From NCBI GenBank assembly GCA_049317525.1, contig JBMOIC010000008.1:19165-83164 (forward strand): a DNA stretch of 64,000 nucleotides, read 5' to 3'. Of the stretch, positions 50,180 to 58,884 are shown piece after piece. Source of the stretch: Bacteroidota bacterium. Its GTDB lineage: Bacteria > Bacteroidota > Ignavibacteria > Kapaibacteriales > UBA961. Within the stretch, counting starts at the first letter, position 1, and each line of letters begins with the position of its first letter. Under the pieces are notes generated by a model, which saw only the letters and a program-made list of their open reading frames with translations, was not told the DNA's origin and did not search any database. The translations under genes and the position numbers were made by a program.

Positions 50180-52096
50180 TTATTCTGCTATGTTTTCAAT
50201 ATTCGATGAATCTTCATGTAATGGAGGAGCAATGTTGACAACTGGCTTAGGTTTCAAAGGAGCATTTACTTCTTCGAATAATGAGTCAATTTCTTCGGCA
50301 ATTGCTTCTAAATTAACAGCTTCAGGTGTACTTTGAGCATATTTAATTGCATTAGGTACAGGATGAGCGGCATTATAATCATCAATAATTGCTTGATCTT
50401 TTTCACGTAAGAATTCAACTGCAGAAAGAACAATTTTTTTAGATTCTCGATCAAATTCTACCACTTTCAAAGGAAGGTTTTCACCAACATGGAAAAATTC
50501 TGCGATATTTCTAACAGGTGCAAAAGAAAGTTGTGAAACAGGTACAAAACCGTCAACACCTTCTGGTAATTCTACAATTACACCTTTTTCGATAATTCTT
50601 TCGATTTTACCTTCAGATTCTGCACCAACTGCATAGCGTTCAGCAAAGAAATCCCATGGATTTTCTGTTATTTGCTTGTGGCCTAATGCAATACGACGAT
50701 TTTGTGAATCAATAGAAAGTACAACTACATCTAAAGAATCGCCTTTTTTAACAAATTCACCCGGATGACGAATTTTCTTCGTCCAAGATAGATCACTAAT
50801 ATGAACTAATCCATCTACACCTGGCTCTAGTTCTACAAAAAGGCCGAAATTAGTTAGATTACGCACAATACCTTTGTGAACTGAATCAACAGGGTATTTA
50901 GCTAATAAATCTGCCCAAGGATCTGGCTCTAATTGTTTCATTCCAAGAGCAAGTTTTTTGTCATTTTTATCTATATTTAAAACGATAGCATCAATAACTT
51001 GGCCCATAGAAACCATCTGCGAAGGATGCTTTACATGCTGAGTCCAACTCATTTCACTAATGTGAATCAAGCCTTCAATACCTTTTTCTATCTCTATAAA
51101 TGCACCATAATCAGTAAGAGAAACCACTTTACCTTGTACTTTAGTACCAGGCTCATATTTCTCTCCGATTGTATCCCATGGATGCGAGGTTAATTGCTTC
51201 ATACCCAATGAAATACGACGCTTTTCAGCATCAAAATCTAATACAACAACTTTAACTATTTGATCTAAAGTTACGATTTCAGAAGGATGCGTTACACGTC
51301 CCCATGAAAGATCTGTAATATGAACCAATCCGTCTACACCACCTAGATCTACGAATACACCAAAATCTGAAATTGCCTTTACAGCACCTTCAAGAACTAA
51401 ACCTTTTTCTAATGTATCAAGAATTTTAGAGCGTTGATCGGATAATTGTTCTTCTAATAATACTTTATGGCTAACAACAACATTTTCGCTTGGATGATTT
51501 ACTTTAACAACACGAACATCAATCATTTTTGCAACCCAAGCATCAAAATCACGAACAGGACGTACGTCAATTTGAGAACCAGGTAAAAATGCCTCGATAC
51601 CTAATAAATCAACTACCATTCCACCCTTAATTCTACGGAGAATACGAACCGGAACAACTTGCTGTGTTTCATTTAATTTAAGAATCTCTTCCCAAGTTTT
51701 CATGAAGTCTGCACGACGACGAGACAATAGCATTCTACCACTTGTATCTTCGATTTTCTCTACAAATACATCAATCTCATCACCAGGTTTAAAGATATCT
51801 GTTGTACCAAATTCAGCACGTGGAATCATTCCCAATGACTTGAATCCAATATCTACAAAAATACTATCTTTAGTAACCTGAATAACATGACCCTTTACCA
51901 TCTGATCTTCTTTTACAGGCGAAAAGCTTTGCTGGAAAAGAGCGTCAAATGTACTGTCGTCCATCATAGGAACGTCAAAATCACCACTTAATAAATCAGC
52001 TAATGATGGTCTTTTTTTTGTTGCAGGTTGTTGTGCAGGCAAAACAATAGACATAATATCTTGTTCTTGCACTGCAGTTTCGGTCGTTTCGGACAT
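50180..52096 (-). CDS. rpsA: 30S ribosomal protein S1
   Basis: Six S1 (OB-fold) repeats of the type G.V..V..FG.FV.L..G..GL.HIS. The ORF track start at 52180 is a GTG; the ATG at 52096 (MSETTE...) is chosen here. Confidence 0.9.
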   Translation of the reverse strand: MSETTETAVQEQDIMSIVLPAQQPATKKRPSLADLLSGDFDVPMMDDSTFDALFQQSFSPVKEDQMVKGHVIQVTKDSIFVDIGFKSLGMIPRAEFGTTDIFKPGDEIDVFVEKIEDTSGRMLLSRRRADFMKTWEEILKLNETQQVVPVRILRRIKGGMVVDLLGIEAFLPGSQIDVRPVRDFDAWVAKMIDVRVVKVNHPSENVVVSHKVLLEEQLSDQRSKILDTLEKGLVLEGAVKAISDFGVFVDLGGVDGLVHITDLSWGRVTHPSEIVTLDQIVKVVVLDFDAEKRRISLGMKQLTSHPWDTIGEKYEPGTKVQGKVVSLTDYGAFIEIEKGIEGLIHISEMSWTQHVKHPSQMVSMGQVIDAIVLNIDKNDKKLALGMKQLEPDPWADLLAKYPVDSVHKGIVRNLTNFGLFVELEPGVDGLVHISDLSWTKKIRHPGEFVKKGDSLDVVVLSIDSQNRRIALGHKQITENPWDFFAERYAVGAESEGKIERIIEKGVIVELPEGVDGFVPVSQLSFAPVRNIAEFFHVGENLPLKVVEFDRESKKIVLSAVEFLREKDQAIIDDYNAAHPVPNAIKYAQSTPEAVNLEAIAEEIDSLFEEVNAPLKPKPVVNIAPPLHEDSSNIENIAE

Positions 52097-52270
52097 AGGA
52101 ACCTTTCTATTTGCGATATAAGTAAAACATTGCTCTATTTCATAATTACTGCACCTGAGCTCTGCTTTTCTCTTCCTCACAAGGGGATGATATAATGATA
52201 CATATATGAAAAGTGTTTTTTTATTTTAGCCGGTCAAATTAACATATTATTTTGAATTATGCAAGTAAGC

Positions 52271-53224
52271 CTATGATCTTTGGTGATTTAGTTTTTCTAC
52301 ATTCATATTTTCTACATATTCTTGCAGAATTTCTTCAGGTATCCATTCAACTGACATTTGGTTTCCGAACCATGTTAATTGTCTTTTAGCATATCGTCTT
52401 GTAGCTTGTTTCATGGCTTCCAAACCTTCTTTGTGCTTAAGCTTCCCATGTAATACTTGAATTGCTTCTTTATATCCCACTGTATTCAAAGCATTTAAAT
52501 GTGAATCATATCCAATCTGCAGCAATTGAGAAGTTTCATCAATTAGCCCATTATTCCACATATATTCAGAGCGTTTATTGATTCTATCATACAGTCTATC
52601 TCTTTGAAAAGATATTCCGATATATTGTGTTGTAAATGAGGGCACACTGATATGCTCTTTTTTTTCTTTTGAAAACTGCAGCCCTGTACTTTTATAGAAT
52701 TCTAAAGCCCTCATGATTCTTCTTGGATTCATATCGCTATATTCTTCTGCACTTGAAGGATCGACCTTTTTCAATTCTTGAAATAGAAAATCTTTTCCTT
52801 TATTCAACAGTAATTCTTGAAGTTCTAGGCGAATATCTAATGAATTGTCTTTACTTTCAAATGTAAAAAACCCTTCACAAATAGCTTGTATATATAAACC
52901 AGAGCCACCAACTATGATTGGAATTCTATCTTGACTAATACTATTATCTATACATAATCTGGCATATTTAGCAAATTTCCCAGCGCTAAAGTGTTCATCG
53001 GGATTACAGATATCTATACAGTGATGCGGAATTACTGCTTGTTCTTCTTTAGTGGGTTTAGCCGTTCCAATATCCATTCCCCTATAAATCTGCCTAGAGT
53101 CTGCACAGATTATATCTATCTTTTGATTACATAATGAAGCAATCTGAAAAGACAGATCAGTTTTTCCTGAAGCAGTTGGGCCAACAATAGCAAGGACGGA
53201 TCTCTTGGGGATATTATCGTTCAC
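52271..53224 (-). CDS. miaA: tRNA dimethylallyltransferase
   Basis: 317 aa. Has the GPTASGKT P-loop, DSRQIYRGMDIGTAKP and RRYAKRQLTWF. The start codon is GTG. Confidence 0.9.
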   Translation of the reverse strand: MNDNIPKRSVLAIVGPTASGKTDLSFQIASLCNQKIDIICADSRQIYRGMDIGTAKPTKEEQAVIPHHCIDICNPDEHFSAGKFAKYARLCIDNSISQDRIPIIVGGSGLYIQAICEGFFTFESKDNSLDIRLELQELLLNKGKDFLFQELKKVDPSSAEEYSDMNPRRIMRALEFYKSTGLQFSKEKKEHISVPSFTTQYIGISFQRDRLYDRINKRSEYMWNNGLIDETSQLLQIGYDSHLNALNTVGYKEAIQVLHGKLKHKEGLEAMKQATRRYAKRQLTWFGNQMSVEWIPEEILQEYVENMNVEKLNHQRS

Positions 53225-53227
53225 TAT

Positions 53228-54148
53228 CTATCTCTTTACACGAAAAAATTCTACCGTTTTATCTAATCCAGCACGTATTTCCATTGAGGGTTCCCAACCA
53301 TATTGTTGATGAATGTGATTATATGATAAAACACTGCGTCTTTGTTCTCCTGTTTTTGCTGGAATATGTTGCTCGGAACAAGTAGCTCCAATTAAAGAAT
53401 GCAAATGTCGAAACAAAGTATTGACATCTGTTTCTATCGAAGTACCAATATTAAAAGCACCTTGCATATCTGTAGTAATTGCTAATTCATTGGCTTTAAC
53501 AATATCACCAACATATACATAATCACGGGTTTGCAGTCCATCTCCATTTATTATTGGTTGCTGGCCTGCTAATAATTTTTGAGTAAAAATTGCGATAACG
53601 CCTGCTTCTCCATGGGGATTTTGCCTTGGTCCATACACATTAGCATATCGAAAAGCAACATATGGAATACCATAAACAGCATAATAATAATACAAATAAT
53701 GTTCATTGGATAATTTTGCAACTCCATAAGGAGAAATAGGTTTAGTAGGATGCGACTCGTCTGCAGGAAAGATTTCTTGTTCGCCATATACAGTACCACC
53801 ACTAGAAGCAAAAATGATTTTCTTTACTCCAGAGTTTTTGGCAGCTTCATATATATTAATTCCACCTAAGATATTAATTCTGGCATCATGTGATGGATCA
53901 TTTACAGAGACACGAACATCCATTTGTGCTGCATGATGATTAACAATATCAAACTTTTCTTGTGAAAAAAGATCATGAATAGCAGGATCATTAACATCCA
54001 TTTTAACAAAATGAGCTTTTTCAGGAATATTCTCTTGTTTTCCCGTACTTAAATTATCTATTATCCAAACTTCATGTCCTAAATCTATATAAGCATCTGC
54101 TATGTTAGAAGCAATAAATCCAGCACCACCTGTAATTACAATTTTCAT
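53228..54148 (-). CDS. NAD-dependent epimerase/dehydratase (UDP-glucose 4-epimerase-like SDR)
   Basis: The ATG at 54148 gives MKIVITGGAGFIASN. YGVAKL provides the YxxxK motif. The 52-codon upstream extension in the ORF track looks non-coding. Confidence 0.8.
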   Translation of the reverse strand: MKIVITGGAGFIASNIADAYIDLGHEVWIIDNLSTGKQENIPEKAHFVKMDVNDPAIHDLFSQEKFDIVNHHAAQMDVRVSVNDPSHDARINILGGINIYEAAKNSGVKKIIFASSGGTVYGEQEIFPADESHPTKPISPYGVAKLSNEHYLYYYYAVYGIPYVAFRYANVYGPRQNPHGEAGVIAIFTQKLLAGQQPIINGDGLQTRDYVYVGDIVKANELAITTDMQGAFNIGTSIETDVNTLFRHLHSLIGATCSEQHIPAKTGEQRRSVLSYNHIHQQYGWEPSMEIRAGLDKTVEFFRVKR

Positions 54149-54183
54149 ATAATCATATCCACAATTCTGTGTAAAATACAGTG

Positions 54184-54191
54184 CAAATATA
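54184..54191 (-). promoter_or_regulatory. Candidate FCB-type -7 promoter box (TAtaTTTG on minus strand) upstream of the epimerase gene
   Basis: Plus strand caaatata, 36 nt upstream of the ATG at 54148. Confidence 0.35.
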
Positions 54192-54332
54192 CCGAACTTA
54201 TTGAAAGGTAAATTCTTTGAATATTCCAATAATACGCTAACTGAACTATATATTTTCAACAGAATTTGAAAATAATGGTAATACATTTCCATTTTATGCG
54301 TCAAAAGGTGCTATAGTTACAAAAAATTAGGC

Positions 54333-54340
54333 TAATTTTG
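54333..54340 (+). promoter_or_regulatory. Candidate FCB-type -7 promoter box (TAatTTTG) upstream of secA
   Basis: Exact TAnnTTTG match 88 nt upstream of the ATG at 54428. Confidence 0.3.
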
Positions 54341-54427
54341 GATGCTCTTGGGATTTTTAATTTCCCTTTGATATGAATATCATATAGGGCACAATGATTA
54401 TTTACAGTTAGTAGGAAAAGAATCAAT

Positions 54428-57400
54428 ATGCTTTCGATTCTTAAGAAAATATTTGGCGGAACAAAACATGAGAAAGATGTTAAGGCATTAAGGCCTGTAA
54501 TTACTCAAATTAATGAAGAATATGCTCAATTACATAGTGTAACAGACGAACAATTGAGGATAAAAACCGATGAATTTAAAGCTTATATACAGTCTAAAAT
54601 AGAAGTATACAAGCAAGAACTCGAGGACTTAAGGACTAAACTGAATGATTCCAATACAGATCATGAAGAACATCAATATATTCATGATAGAATTAAAGAA
54701 ATTGGCAAAGAAGAATTTGCAACCATTCAAGATACTTTAGACGAATTACTTCCTTCTGCTTTTGCAGTAGTAAAAGAAACTTGTAGAAGACTTACCGAAA
54801 GGAAGCATACATATGATGTTGTTGGGCAATCTGTGCTTTGGGAAATGGTACCTTATGATGTTCAACTAATTGGTGGTATTGTTCTGCATCAAGGAAAAAT
54901 TTCTGAAATGGCCACAGGTGAAGGTAAGACTTTAGTGGCTGTTTCTCCTCTGTATCTCAATGCATTGTCATCAAAAGGTGTACATCTAATTACTGTGAAT
55001 GATTATTTAGCTAAGCGTGACAGTGAATGGATGAAACCAGTTTTTGATTTTCTTGGCATCAAAGTAGGATGTATACAATCTTCTATGCAGCCTCAACAAA
55101 GGTGTGAACAATATGGATGCGATATTACCTATGGAACCAATAATGAATTTGGTTTTGATTATCTAAGAGATAATATGGTTAATGATGCAGAAGATATGGT
55201 TCAAAGACCTCATTTTTTTGCTGTAGTGGATGAAGTTGACTCTGTTTTAATAGATGAAGCAAGAACACCGCTCATTATCTCTGGTCCAGTTGCTCATTCT
55301 ACAGATCAAAAATTCGAGCAGTTAAATCCTAGGGTTCGTAGACTTGTAGATGCTCAAAATAGATTAGTAAATACATTAGTTAATGAAGCAGATAAATTAT
55401 TAAAAGAATCGAATAAAGAAAATAAAACTAATGCGGGCATTGCATTATTGCGTTCATATAGGGGCTTTCCAAAACAAAAGAAATTAGCCAAATTATTACA
55501 AGAGCCTGATAATCAAAAGCTTATGCGAGATACCGAGTTAGACTATCTACGTGAGCAAGGCACTCGTATGTCTATCATTGATGAAGAACTCTATTATACA
55601 ATCGATGAAAAAAATCATCAAATAGATATTACCGAAAAAGGAAGAAGTCTTCTTACTTCTGTAGGGGAAGATCCAGATATGTTTATTATTCCTGATATCA
55701 CAGGCGAACTTAGCGTGATTGAGGGAATGTCTGGCTTAGAACAAGATGATAAACAAGCCAAGAAAGATGAAGTAATACGTATTTATTCCATGAGGAGTGA
55801 TATAATTCATACTGTTCATCAATTATTAAGAGCATATTCTTTATATGATATTGATATAGAATATGTAGTTGATGGTGGCAAGATAAAAATCGTTGATGAG
55901 TTTACCGGACGTATTCTAGATGGAAGGCGTTATTCCGATGGCTTGCATCAAGCTATAGAAGCAAAAGAAGGTGTTACAGTTGAAGCTGACACACAAACAT
56001 ATGCAACAATCACACTCCAAAATTATTTTAGATTATATCGCAAGCTTGCAGGTATGACAGGTACCGCAGAAACCGAAGCAGGCGAATTTGATAAAATTTA
56101 CAATCTAGATGTTGTTGTTATTCCTACAAATAGACCAATTACCAGAAAAGATTTAGATGATTATATTTTTAGAACCAAAAAAGAAAAATATAATGCAGTT
56201 ATTGAAGAAATTCAATCATTGGTAAAACAAGGTCGAAGTGTTCTTGTTGGAACAACTAGTGTTGATGTTTCTGAACTTTTAAGCAAAATGCTGAAAAGAG
56301 CGAATGTTGAACATAGAGTTTTAAATGCTAAACAACATCAGTTCGAAGCTGAGATAGTTGCTGGAGCTGGTAAAACAGGAAAAGTTACAATTGCTACCAA
56401 TATGGCAGGTAGGGGAACAGATATTAAATTAGAAGCAGCTGTAAAAGCAAATGGTGGTTTAGCAATTATTGGTACTGAAAGGCATGATGCAAGAAGAATA
56501 GATAGACAGTTAAGAGGTAGGGCTGGACGCCAAGGCGACCCAGGATCTTCACAATTCTTCTTATCACTCGAAGACAATTTAATGCGTCTTTTTGGTGGTG
56601 AGCGCATTGCAGGTGTAATGAAAACTCTTAAAGTTCCAGAAGGCGAACCAATTCAAGCTGGAATGGTTACTAAATCTGTTGAAAATGCCCAGAAAAAAGT
56701 AGAAGAAAATAATTTCGCTATCCGTAAGCGTTTGATTGAATACGATAATGTAATGAATCAGCAAAGAGAAGCTATCTATTCAATGCGTCGTTTAGTAGTT
56801 CAAGGCGAAAGAATGAAAGGTGAATTATATGAATTCATGTATCAATTAGCTGCCCTTTGGTTTGAACAATTTCACCAAGAATTGAACTTAGAAGGCTTAA
56901 AAGATGCAGTGAGAACTTATATGCTGTGCGAAGTTGACATTCATGAAGAAGAGTTCAAAAATATGCAAGCAGATGCTTGTATAGATAGGATTTTGGATAC
57001 AGCAAAAGATTTCCTAGAAAGAAAAGAACAGCAATTTGGTATTGAATTTATGTCAGGATTAGAACATTATGCATTTCTTCGTTCCATCGATGATAAATGG
57101 CGTGAACATCTAATGATAATGGATGAATTGAAAGAGGGCATTCATTTGCGTGCTTATGGCCAAAAAGACCCACTTTTGGAATATAAAGGCGAGGCTTTAC
57201 ATGCATTTCAAGGATTAATTCAAGAAATTCAAAAAGAAACTGTAAGTGTAGTATTCAAATACTATCCACAGGTTGTACCATCCAATATCCCTTCAAGAAC
57301 AGAAAAAACTTCAGTTAATCCACGTGAATCAAATTTGGATCATCCTAGCGTAACTATTGGGCGTTCTCCTTCTTTAGGCTTTTTTAAGGGTGGCAGAAAT

Positions 57401-57610
57401 AATACATCCTCTACTGCTGGCCTTAGAGCAATTAAGCCTGATATTGAAGACTATAAAGAAGGATCACAACCGCAACAGAGTCAAGAACAATCTTCACCTA
57501 GCATAACAGTTAGAAGAGCCGAACCTAGAATTGGTAGAAATGAACCCTGCCATTGTGGTAGTGGAAAAAAGTATAAACATTGTCATGCTAACTCCGAAGA
57601 ATCACTCTAA
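54428..57610 (+). CDS. secA: Preprotein translocase ATPase SecA
   Basis: 1060 aa. Has MATGEGKTLVA, DEVDSVLIDEARTPLIISG and TNMAGRGTDI. The C-terminal zinc-binding tail is CHCGSGKKYKHCH. Confidence 0.97.
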   Translation: MLSILKKIFGGTKHEKDVKALRPVITQINEEYAQLHSVTDEQLRIKTDEFKAYIQSKIEVYKQELEDLRTKLNDSNTDHEEHQYIHDRIKEIGKEEFATIQDTLDELLPSAFAVVKETCRRLTERKHTYDVVGQSVLWEMVPYDVQLIGGIVLHQGKISEMATGEGKTLVAVSPLYLNALSSKGVHLITVNDYLAKRDSEWMKPVFDFLGIKVGCIQSSMQPQQRCEQYGCDITYGTNNEFGFDYLRDNMVNDAEDMVQRPHFFAVVDEVDSVLIDEARTPLIISGPVAHSTDQKFEQLNPRVRRLVDAQNRLVNTLVNEADKLLKESNKENKTNAGIALLRSYRGFPKQKKLAKLLQEPDNQKLMRDTELDYLREQGTRMSIIDEELYYTIDEKNHQIDITEKGRSLLTSVGEDPDMFIIPDITGELSVIEGMSGLEQDDKQAKKDEVIRIYSMRSDIIHTVHQLLRAYSLYDIDIEYVVDGGKIKIVDEFTGRILDGRRYSDGLHQAIEAKEGVTVEADTQTYATITLQNYFRLYRKLAGMTGTAETEAGEFDKIYNLDVVVIPTNRPITRKDLDDYIFRTKKEKYNAVIEEIQSLVKQGRSVLVGTTSVDVSELLSKMLKRANVEHRVLNAKQHQFEAEIVAGAGKTGKVTIATNMAGRGTDIKLEAAVKANGGLAIIGTERHDARRIDRQLRGRAGRQGDPGSSQFFLSLEDNLMRLFGGERIAGVMKTLKVPEGEPIQAGMVTKSVENAQKKVEENNFAIRKRLIEYDNVMNQQREAIYSMRRLVVQGERMKGELYEFMYQLAALWFEQFHQELNLEGLKDAVRTYMLCEVDIHEEEFKNMQADACIDRILDTAKDFLERKEQQFGIEFMSGLEHYAFLRSIDDKWREHLMIMDELKEGIHLRAYGQKDPLLEYKGEALHAFQGLIQEIQKETVSVVFKYYPQVVPSNIPSRTEKTSVNPRESNLDHPSVTIGRSPSLGFFKGGRNNTSSTAGLRAIKPDIEDYKEGSQPQQSQEQSSPSITVRRAEPRIGRNEPCHCGSGKKYKHCHANSEESL

Positions 57611-57626
57611 TTATTAGAATGCATTA

Positions 57627-57654
57627 AGCCCTCTAACACAGAGGGCTTTTTTTA
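57627..57654 (+). terminator. Rho-independent terminator downstream of secA
   Basis: agccctct-aacac-agagggct followed by T7. Confidence 0.75.
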
Positions 57655-57688
57655 TTGATATTGTTCCTGCTCATTCATATCCCGCATT

Positions 57689-58855
57689 ATGAATCAACAA
57701 TTAATACAAAAACAGACACATTCTGGTTCAAGACTATATGCATTGGATATGGCCAGATTTATTGCTATGATTATGATGATTCAAGGCCATACAATGTATA
57801 CCATGGTAGACCATCAATTCATAGATGTGCAGTCTTTTCCTTGGAGTTGGTGGAATTTTTTAAGAGGGCTAACAGCGCCAATCTTCTTATTTGTATCTGG
57901 TGCCGTTCATGTATTTGCTATGAAAAGGTCACAAAGTGGCTCAATAAGCAAAGAAACGCTAAAAAAACGCTTACAATGGATCGCAATCATTTTCATATGT
58001 GGATATTTGCTTGTATTTCCAGCTTCTAGGCTTATCGATTTACCCTATCTAGATACATCAATTTGGAGGCAATTCCTTCAATTCAATATCTTACAGTTAA
58101 CTCCTTTTACTTTACTATTCGTATTAGCTTTATCATATATTACTCATTCTGTTAAAGCATTGGGAATAATTTCTGGAATATCTGCTCTTATTATTTTTAT
58201 TAGTACACCATATATACAGAATATAGATGTTTTTGCTTTTTTACCTGAAACATTTGGAGCAATGATAAGCTATAAACATGGCTCTTTATTTCCAATCTTC
58301 CCTTTTAGCGGATTTATGCTTGGTGGAGTTGCATTTGGGGCATGGCTGCAAAGTTTACATCAAGAAAAAAGATCAGCTTTCTTTAATAAGCATATATTTC
58401 TTTTGTCAATTATAGTGATTGGTATTGCTCTCATTGCAATGTATTGGACAAATCTTTGGATGCCAAGACCTGTTCATAATGATGCTATGATGACTAATCC
58501 AGCATTTATGTTTGTGCGAATTGGTATTATTTTATTCTTGTTTGGTATATGCCAAAGATTTGTGAACCTATTTGATTCTTACAAACATCACTTTGTTTTT
58601 TTTAGCAGCAAATCACTATATATTTATGTTATTCATCTTATTTTATTATATGGAACCCCTTGGTTTCCAAGCATAGGAAGAACTTTTCAATATAGTCAAT
58701 CATTGATTGCGGGTGCAGGATTAGCAGTATTAATCATTCTGTTAACTCTTGGCTTAGTGATAGCAGAAGACGAAATAAAACGAAGAAGTCCAAAATCCTA
58801 TAAATATATAAGAAATTCCCTTGGATTACTCCTTCTATATGCTTTGCTAGTATAA
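57689..58855 (+). CDS. Polytopic membrane protein, acyltransferase/DUF1624 (heparan-alpha-glucosaminide N-acetyltransferase-like), tentative
   Basis: 388 aa with about 10 TM segments. The N-terminal RLYALDMARFIAMIMMIQGHT resembles the conserved start of DUF1624/acyltransferase-3 proteins. Confidence 0.45.
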   Translation: MNQQLIQKQTHSGSRLYALDMARFIAMIMMIQGHTMYTMVDHQFIDVQSFPWSWWNFLRGLTAPIFLFVSGAVHVFAMKRSQSGSISKETLKKRLQWIAIIFICGYLLVFPASRLIDLPYLDTSIWRQFLQFNILQLTPFTLLFVLALSYITHSVKALGIISGISALIIFISTPYIQNIDVFAFLPETFGAMISYKHGSLFPIFPFSGFMLGGVAFGAWLQSLHQEKRSAFFNKHIFLLSIIVIGIALIAMYWTNLWMPRPVHNDAMMTNPAFMFVRIGIILFLFGICQRFVNLFDSYKHHFVFFSSKSLYIYVIHLILLYGTPWFPSIGRTFQYSQSLIAGAGLAVLIILLTLGLVIAEDEIKRRSPKSYKYIRNSLGLLLLYALLV

Positions 58856-58884
58856 AAAAAAAGCCTCATTTCTGAGGCTTTATA
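58856..58884. terminator. Bidirectional terminator between convergent genes
   Basis: aagcctca-tttc-tgaggctt is a perfect 8-bp stem. An A-run lies 5' and TATATT lies 3'. Confidence 0.65.

Noticed and set aside
54149-54304. N-terminal extensions of track ORFs. This one is the epimerase; similar cases are 62387..62455 for der, 52097..52180 for rpsA, 24226..24303, 37922..37951, 7501..7548 and 31675..31728
   Set aside because: The track reports the longest ORF and allows GTG/TTG starts. In each case a canonical N-terminus begins at an internal ATG (Rossmann GGAGF, P-loop G-domain, lipobox or signal peptide). The extra residues look non-coding, and several contain the candidate -7 promoter box.
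57655-58029. 124-aa plus-strand ORF overlapping the start of the polytopic membrane protein gene
   Set aside because: It is an alternative frame of the same strand as the 388-aa multi-TM ORF (57689..58855), which has a family-typical N-terminus. The 124-aa product has no features and starts at a non-ATG codon.
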